64,000 nt of DNA from Flavobacteriales bacterium (GTDB lineage Bacteria > Bacteroidota > Bacteroidia > NS11-12g > UBA955), in contig CANHRE010000002.1 of assembly GCA_947463095.1 (NCBI GenBank), positions 42,056 to 106,055 of the forward strand, given 5' to 3'. Shown piece after piece: positions 59,201 through 64,000 of the stretch. Made by a program: the position numbers and the translations under genes. The notes beneath the pieces are model-generated. The model searched no databases. It saw nothing but the letters and a program-made list of their open reading frames with translations, and was not told where the DNA came from. How positions within the stretch are numbered: the first letter of the stretch is position 1; every line of letters begins with the position of its first letter.

Positions 59201-60681
59201 TTCAGTTTTCGGTAGATTATACCAAGGTTTCATATGCTATACCCGCGCTGCGCGGTAAGGCAGACCGAAACATCATCAGCGTCATACCTTTCCACATAGT
59301 TGATGAAACAGGCAGGGGCAAAGCCATTGGGCAGGCCAGCATCAAACACGAGTATTTCCGCAATTTTTACATTGATGCCGAAGTTGCAGGCGCCAACAAT
59401 CTGAAAGCCATCAATACCGGACCCAAGGACAATTCACTGTTTTACGGCGTTGGCTATGCTGACGGATCGGCCAAATTTGTGGGCCCCTGGAATAAGCTTG
59501 ACATGGAGTTCAATCTTAAATCGCGAAAGAATACGCTGATTTCCATTCCCATTACAGAAACCAGTTCCACAGGACCGGTATCTTTTGTTTCGTTCCGAAA
59601 AAAAAATGAGCAACAAGATCATGATGATGCAGCCTCAGCAGCTGAAGAGTCCAACAGCATCAACAGCATTACTGTAAACCTGGAAATGACTTCCGATGCG
59701 GAAGTGCGCCTCATTTTCGACGAGAAAATGGGAGACATCATGAAGGGAAACGGAACGGGAGATTTGCGTTTAACGTTGGATGCAGCAGGCAACTTCAACC
59801 TGATGGGCCAATTCACAGTAGCAGGTGGTGAATATTTGTTTACTGCGCTGGACCTAATCAATAAAAAATTCTATGTGAACAAAGGAGGTACCATTACCTG
59901 GAATGGCGACCCTTATGATGCCCTAATCAACATACAGGCAGAATACAGACAAAAAGTATCGCCTGCCGTGCTTATGGCGGGGAGGAATATTTCACAAACG
60001 GTAAGCTATCCAGTAATGGACGTGGTGAGCAAGTTGTCTTTAAAGGGTAAGTTGTTCCAGCCAGACATCCGTTTCGACCTGGAGTTTCCCAATATGCAGA
60101 ATGCAACGAGCGGCACGAACCTCAGTGACCTGAATGCCACGCTGCAGCGCATTCGCAGCGACCAGGATGAGGTAGCCAGGCAGGTGTTTGGTTTGTTGGT
60201 ACTGGGCAACTTCATTCCACCCAGCTTCTCCGCACAGGGCAATACGGCGAGCGCAGGTGCGGAGGCAGCAGGAAGTACCGTTAGTGGTTTGATTTCCAAT
60301 CAGTTGAATAACTGGCTATCCCAGTTTGGCGGTAAGTTCCGGCTAACCCTGAATATGGAATCACTGTCGCAAAGCAGCCAGAATTCCAACCGTGTATCGG
60401 TGAATGTGAAGGTGCCGTTGTTCAACGACCGACTGATGATAGACGGCACTTATGACCCTACCGTGTCCCTGCCGAATGTAAATGTGGAATACAGCATCAC
60501 CCAGGATGGAACCTTCCGGGTGAAAGCATACTCCCGAAATGCCAACCAACTTTATCAGGCACCCGGGTCATCCAGCAACATGAGTACCAACACCATGGGT
60601 TTAGGCCTTTTTTATCGCCGTGAATTTGAACGCTGGGTATTTAGCCGCAAGGCGAAAGCAGAATTTGGGGCACCAAAATGA
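56236..60681 (+). CDS. TamB-like translocation and assembly module protein (DUF490 family)
   Basis: 1481 aa with a single N-terminal TM anchor (ILLALLLGLLLFAGLAVVLL), a long beta-rich body and a DUF490-like C-terminus (LGLFYRREFERW). Divergent from tsaD. Confidence 0.8.
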   Translation: MKAKLRKILLALLLGLLLFAGLAVVLLRSRPVQQFVAGKIAAYLSKEWQVKVVVGGLETDFFHAITLERILIKDRSQDTLFSFRRLHARIASINTGAHIVRLSLFECSNGLVNLGIHKNDSGQNINFLIDYFTPKKKGTGPKIIWELRAQNAVLRNMEYRNFDDQEPAAVPGYFDPYHLTFRRINAQLDTFMLYDDSMHFGIRTLKAKERSGLVIKDLKSQCRISYYAMDFLGFRLSTARSEIGDTLRFRYQGYKAFSDFNEAVILRGRLNNSHLGLADLGVFQSSMRERPDAITIGTEFKGKLSSLRFKKMDIRYGSRGIIQGGCSLNGLPDWKNTFIDATVQKWETNATDLGVLLGGVRIPSNLNSLGVFHFTGSFTGFYNQFTANGHMSGASGDLFLDGLSMNFREGYNKAHYEGNLRVDQFNLGSFYSLEPLMGKVNAAVHLQGSGLNKDNFNIQIQGLVSSFELNSSVLRDAKVDGMLTPSSFSGDASLNDPKLSFNLNGDIRFAGEQPQYRFTSFDLVHADLHALGFDSASSILACSGNSDISYSAASDINGAVALNNIHWNRSGIDYFIPYAQFTAAHSGPVREWTLRSQIGDAGLRGNFHSGNLAPSFSGLLHELLPELVSAPLKKDTSVKFDYYFNLRNGKLPASFLGKQTTLGPMMLKGAYSALGNAAELNSEQPFWITLNGNSLRNIEVHCSKKPALPLEFSIRSDRFSHAGNTWFRNLNLRGTIHHGHMPLALDLQDSTGGNSLSLAAEMDLQQDSIPISFQYGRLNWFGSKWVLDTVAGITYRKGDVAIQNFFLGSDRNYIEMNGVAGISADDELRVSFGNFNVSDIQPFLGSFDDSFAASLNGTLTMRGTLSDDIYAECDILATGIRYNGMDYGDFRLEASSLDVGKRIWLDGMATKGMFKGATLRGTAARAGEDEGPGKLNLDINIPRETSLLGLRPFLEGVVDLKKGFLMAKLRVEGTTAQPILKGDFEIRELQFSVDYTKVSYAIPALRGKADRNIISVIPFHIVDETGRGKAIGQASIKHEYFRNFYIDAEVAGANNLKAINTGPKDNSLFYGVGYADGSAKFVGPWNKLDMEFNLKSRKNTLISIPITETSSTGPVSFVSFRKKNEQQDHDDAASAAEESNSINSITVNLEMTSDAEVRLIFDEKMGDIMKGNGTGDLRLTLDAAGNFNLMGQFTVAGGEYLFTALDLINKKFYVNKGGTITWNGDPYDALINIQAEYRQKVSPAVLMAGRNISQTVSYPVMDVVSKLSLKGKLFQPDIRFDLEFPNMQNATSGTNLSDLNATLQRIRSDQDEVARQVFGLLVLGNFIPPSFSAQGNTASAGAEAAGSTVSGLISNQLNNWLSQFGGKFRLTLNMESLSQSSQNSNRVSVNVKVPLFNDRLMIDGTYDPTVSLPNVNVEYSITQDGTFRVKAYSRNANQLYQAPGSSSNMSTNTMGLGLFYRREFERWVFSRKAKAEFGAPK

Positions 60682-60755
60682 TGTTTTCTATGGTGTTTCA
60701 TGAGGTATAGTCAAGCGACGGAATTCCATGTGTATGTCCTTATTTTTGAAAAAGA

Positions 60756-62033
60756 ATGTTCCGCCTGCTGATTAATGTAGTCAACGAAAGTCTGGCCATG
60801 GCCTGGACGGTTTTCATTACCAACAAGTTGCGGTCATTTCTGTCGGTACTGGGTATAACCATCGGTATTTACTGCATCATTCTGGTTTATACGCTGGTGC
60901 ACAGCCTGGAGCGCAACATCAAGGACAGCTTCGCCTCCATTGGCTCCGATATCGTATTTGTGCAGAAATGGCCTTGGGACAATATGGGATTTGATTATCC
61001 GTGGTGGAAATACCTTTCACGCCCAGTGGTTACGTATCAAGAGTTAGAGTACCTGCGCAGCCATCCCCCAGAAAGCCTTGGTTCGGCAGCTTTTGCCTTT
61101 TCCATACAGGGGAAGCTGGTTGAGCGAGGTCCGTACAAGGCCGATGGCGTTGATGTTTTCTGCGTGTCACATGATTATCAGCTGGTTCAAAAGATAGATC
61201 TGGTGGAGGGACGATACTTTACCCAACAGGAAAGCGATGCAGGCCGTCCGGTGGTGCTCCTTGGTGCCACCATTGCAGAGCGTCTTTTCCCGGAAGGGAA
61301 TGCCACAGGGAAATCTGTCCAGGTGATGAAGCAGCACTGCATGGTATTGGGCGTGCTGCGCAAAGAAGGACAAAGCGTCATCAACACCAGCTTTGACCAG
61401 CGCATCATCATTCCTTTGAACTTAGCGCGGTCTTTTGCTAATCTGAGAAATGAATCCGGGAATCCACAGATTTTACTCAGGGCCAAAGAACAGGGCGGTA
61501 TTGATGAGCTGATTTGGGAAACCGGTGCGGCCATGAGGGCTGTGCGCCGTATCAGACCCCATGAGGAGGAAAACTTTGCGGTGAACAAAATGAGCATGAT
61601 AACAGACAACATCACCTCACTGTTTTCCAAGTTGAATGCGGCCGGTACTATTATCGGTATGTTCGCTCTGTTGGTGGGCTGCTTTGGCGTTGCCAACATC
61701 ATGTTTGTGAGCGTAAAGGAACGCACGCAGCAAATTGGCATTCAGAAAGCACTGGGTGCCAGAAACTATTTCATCCTTTCGCAGTTCTTGAGCGAAGCGG
61801 TAATTCTGTGCGTATTTGGTGGGCTGCTTGGGTTAGGCTTGGTCTATTTAACCACCATGCTCGGTAATTATGTGTTGCACAGCTTTATGGAAAGCGCCTT
61901 GCAGCTTGGTTTGAACGGGTCCGATGCCATGACTGGAATCTTTGTTTCGGTAGCCATTGGGTTGCTTGCGGGAATCCTACCGGCTTTACAGGCTGCCAGA
62001 ATGAACCCTGTTGACGCCATTCGCTCGCGCTGA
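60756..62033 (+). CDS. ABC transporter permease, FtsX/MacB-like
   Basis: N-terminal TM followed by a large periplasmic domain, then a C-terminal 3-TM FtsX domain (GIQKALGARNYFILSQF...). No adjacent ATPase gene in the window. Confidence 0.8.
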   Translation: MFRLLINVVNESLAMAWTVFITNKLRSFLSVLGITIGIYCIILVYTLVHSLERNIKDSFASIGSDIVFVQKWPWDNMGFDYPWWKYLSRPVVTYQELEYLRSHPPESLGSAAFAFSIQGKLVERGPYKADGVDVFCVSHDYQLVQKIDLVEGRYFTQQESDAGRPVVLLGATIAERLFPEGNATGKSVQVMKQHCMVLGVLRKEGQSVINTSFDQRIIIPLNLARSFANLRNESGNPQILLRAKEQGGIDELIWETGAAMRAVRRIRPHEEENFAVNKMSMITDNITSLFSKLNAAGTIIGMFALLVGCFGVANIMFVSVKERTQQIGIQKALGARNYFILSQFLSEAVILCVFGGLLGLGLVYLTTMLGNYVLHSFMESALQLGLNGSDAMTGIFVSVAIGLLAGILPALQAARMNPVDAIRSR

Positions 62034-62034
62034 A

Positions 62035-64000
62035 TCAGTTCAGCCTTACTTGCAGACGCAGGTTGATCATCCGCCCGGTGAGGAATTCCGGCACCCCATA
62101 AATGTTGGCGCTGAAATCCTTAACCCACAGATAGCTGATCACATTATCGATGCCCAGCATGTTGAAGATTTCCAGGGAAACCCAACTGCTTTGCACCATA
62201 TCCCATAACTTTCCCTTGGGTTTATGCTGATCATCAACCAGAATTTTGGTAAAGCCGATATCTACCCTTCGGTAGGGCGGAATCCGGTAAATGTCTTTAT
62301 AGCGGAGGTCTCCGCCAAGGTAATAAGGCATCCCTGTACCGAAAATAAGGTTCAGGTTCATGCGATAGCGCTTGTTGCCGGGCAACTCATCCTGAAAAAC
62401 GATGGCGGCATTCACCCTTTTGTCTGTAGGCCGGCGCAGCCAACTGCTGTTCACCATGTTACCGCTGCTGTTCTTGTAGGTAATGCGCTCCCTGCTTTGA
62501 AGCACGCTCAGGGTAAACCATGATTCCAGCCCCGGGATAAACTCGCCGTTGATGCGGTTGTCCAGACCCCAAGAATATCCTTTGCTGCTGTTTACGGCGT
62601 AATAGCGGATGCGGATGTTGTCAAACAAATAGGGAACCTGATTTTGCAGTTGTTTGTAATAGGCCTCGCTCAACCATTTGAACTTGCGGCCCCACATGGA
62701 AAAAGTGCGTTCCATTCCTGCCACGGCATGAATGCTCTTCTGCGCTTTTAAACGGGTATTCAGGGTTCCGTCAAATCGGCGCATTTCCCGGTAAAATGCA
62801 GGTTGATTGTAGATGCCACCGGCAAGATAAAGCCGTACAACAGGTTTGCGCAGAGAATCGGGAAGCGCTGCATTGTAAGCCCGGTTGGGTTCGGTGCTCA
62901 ATTGAATCCTCGGACTGTGAATCCATTGTTGGTTTAAACTCCAGTACTGACTCCTTGTGCCAATGGTTACGCGTGTATTGGCGGCTTTGTGCAGGAGGAG
63001 GCTACTTTGAATATGACCGGAAGCCCTCCAGGATGAAAGTGCTGCTTTGCCACTAACAAATCCATCCATAATTACGCTGTCGCGCCCAAAGCCAAAGGGT
63101 GGGATGTTATACTCCGCAGAATCATTGTACAGCCATTCATGGATTTTATCGCTGATTTGTTCCTGCTGGATTCTGGCACCCCAATGAAGACTCACTTTCT
63201 TACTTCCGGCATTCCAACTGCCCAGTTGGGAAAGGTTCATAACCCTGGTATTGAGTCGGTTTCTGCCATGGTCAATGAAGCTGCCGGCGCCGAGGTTTCG
63301 AATGGGCTTCCCGTAGGTTTCCGAAGAGGGGTCCTTGTCGAGCAGTCCCAGGCTGTAAGCGCCAAAAACATCAAAAACTTCCTGTTCGCGCGTAGCAAAT
63401 GCAGAACCTATCAATTTCAACTCCGTGCTTCTGCGCGGTTTCCAAACCAGCGAAAGCGCTGACATGGCGCTGTTGTACCCGCTAAATTCCTGACCACCCA
63501 TGGCCACATACAAGTTGAAGGCATTTTGGGCGGTACCAAAGGATGTTTCCCTACTTTGAGGGTTCAGGCGATAGCGGTTTTCCGCCATGTTGCCGAGCCA
63601 TTCCAGGCGCAACCGCGTGTTGAGGCGGTATGCAATCAGCCATTGAGCATCGTAGAAATTGGTAACGTAGCGGCCACTCACGTCCAGCGTATTCAATACC
63701 AAGGTGTTGGAACGCCAGCGCACACTGCCAATGCCGCTCAGCCTGCGGTTGGCTGAAAGTTGTTCCAAGGCTAAGGAAGCGCCGAGGAGGCCCACATCGA
63801 GGGTGCTTTCAAAACGAGTAGGCTTGCGGTATTCCACATCCAAAACGCTGCTTTGCTTGTCGCCGTAGCGCGCTTCAAACCCGCCTGCGCTGAACTTCAG
63901 GTTTTTCACCAGCAGAGGGTTGATAAAACTCAGTCCTTCCTGCTGTCCGCTGTGGATCAATTGCGGACGGTAAATCTCAACGTCGTTCACATACACCAGG
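62035..64000 (-). CDS. TonB-dependent receptor-like outer membrane protein; N-terminus lies beyond the window end
   Basis: A plug-like box (FSAGGFEARYGDKQSSVLDV) sits near the window edge, followed by a >600-aa beta-rich body. The ORF is open at 64000 with no credible start in the window. Confidence 0.65.
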   Translation of the reverse strand, partial: LVYVNDVEIYRPQLIHSGQQEGLSFINPLLVKNLKFSAGGFEARYGDKQSSVLDVEYRKPTRFESTLDVGLLGASLALEQLSANRRLSGIGSVRWRSNTLVLNTLDVSGRYVTNFYDAQWLIAYRLNTRLRLEWLGNMAENRYRLNPQSRETSFGTAQNAFNLYVAMGGQEFSGYNSAMSALSLVWKPRRSTELKLIGSAFATREQEVFDVFGAYSLGLLDKDPSSETYGKPIRNLGAGSFIDHGRNRLNTRVMNLSQLGSWNAGSKKVSLHWGARIQQEQISDKIHEWLYNDSAEYNIPPFGFGRDSVIMDGFVSGKAALSSWRASGHIQSSLLLHKAANTRVTIGTRSQYWSLNQQWIHSPRIQLSTEPNRAYNAALPDSLRKPVVRLYLAGGIYNQPAFYREMRRFDGTLNTRLKAQKSIHAVAGMERTFSMWGRKFKWLSEAYYKQLQNQVPYLFDNIRIRYYAVNSSKGYSWGLDNRINGEFIPGLESWFTLSVLQSRERITYKNSSGNMVNSSWLRRPTDKRVNAAIVFQDELPGNKRYRMNLNLIFGTGMPYYLGGDLRYKDIYRIPPYRRVDIGFTKILVDDQHKPKGKLWDMVQSSWVSLEIFNMLGIDNVISYLWVKDFSANIYGVPEFLTGRMINLRLQVRLN

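Noticed and set aside
1-64000. CRISPR arrays, transposases, integrases, phage or plasmid genes, toxin-antitoxin or other defence systems
   Set aside because: Scanned intergenic regions and small ORFs. No regular repeat-spacer arrays, no DDE, serine or tyrosine recombinase motifs, and no recognisable defence gene families were found.

Overview
This window reads as a Bacteroidota chromosomal segment, inferred from Bacteroidetes-type -33/-7 promoter motifs, four T9SS C-terminal sorting domains, and GldM-era families such as DUF349, TamB-like and GxxExxY proteins. It is mostly core and housekeeping. From the start of the window it holds the tail of a TolC/HlyD efflux operon, a NupC nucleoside transporter, a PduO-type corrinoid adenosyltransferase, two large PKD-repeat T9SS cargo proteins flanking ffh, pdxH and fabI. 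A 1460-aa secreted hypothetical protein sits downstream of tpiA. After that come gcvT, an Hsp70/HscA-like chaperone, a HmuY-like/TonB-dependent-receptor/HmuY-like/PD40 uptake locus, corA, a class-C-like serine hydrolase, and a divergent HTH regulator with a CsgG/LpoB-like outer-membrane protein. The rpsF-rpsR-rplI operon and lepA follow, then a DUF349-methyltransferase-thioesterase-YihY operon, xth, another T9SS type-B cargo, NUDIX, a GxxExxY protein, tsaD divergent from a TamB-like protein, an FtsX-type permease and a truncated TonB-dependent receptor. No rRNA, tRNA, CRISPR, transposase or integrase is visible. The most system-like accessory element is a five-gene module at 45020-51377. It has an Arn-like logic (UDP-aminosugar tailoring enzymes, a Dpm1/ArnC-like GT2, and a GT-C membrane glycosyltransferase with C-terminal TPR repeats) and sits next to a T9SS cargo gene. 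A short repeat family with core GGTTCGAC...CACCATGACA occupies two intergenic sites between convergent genes.
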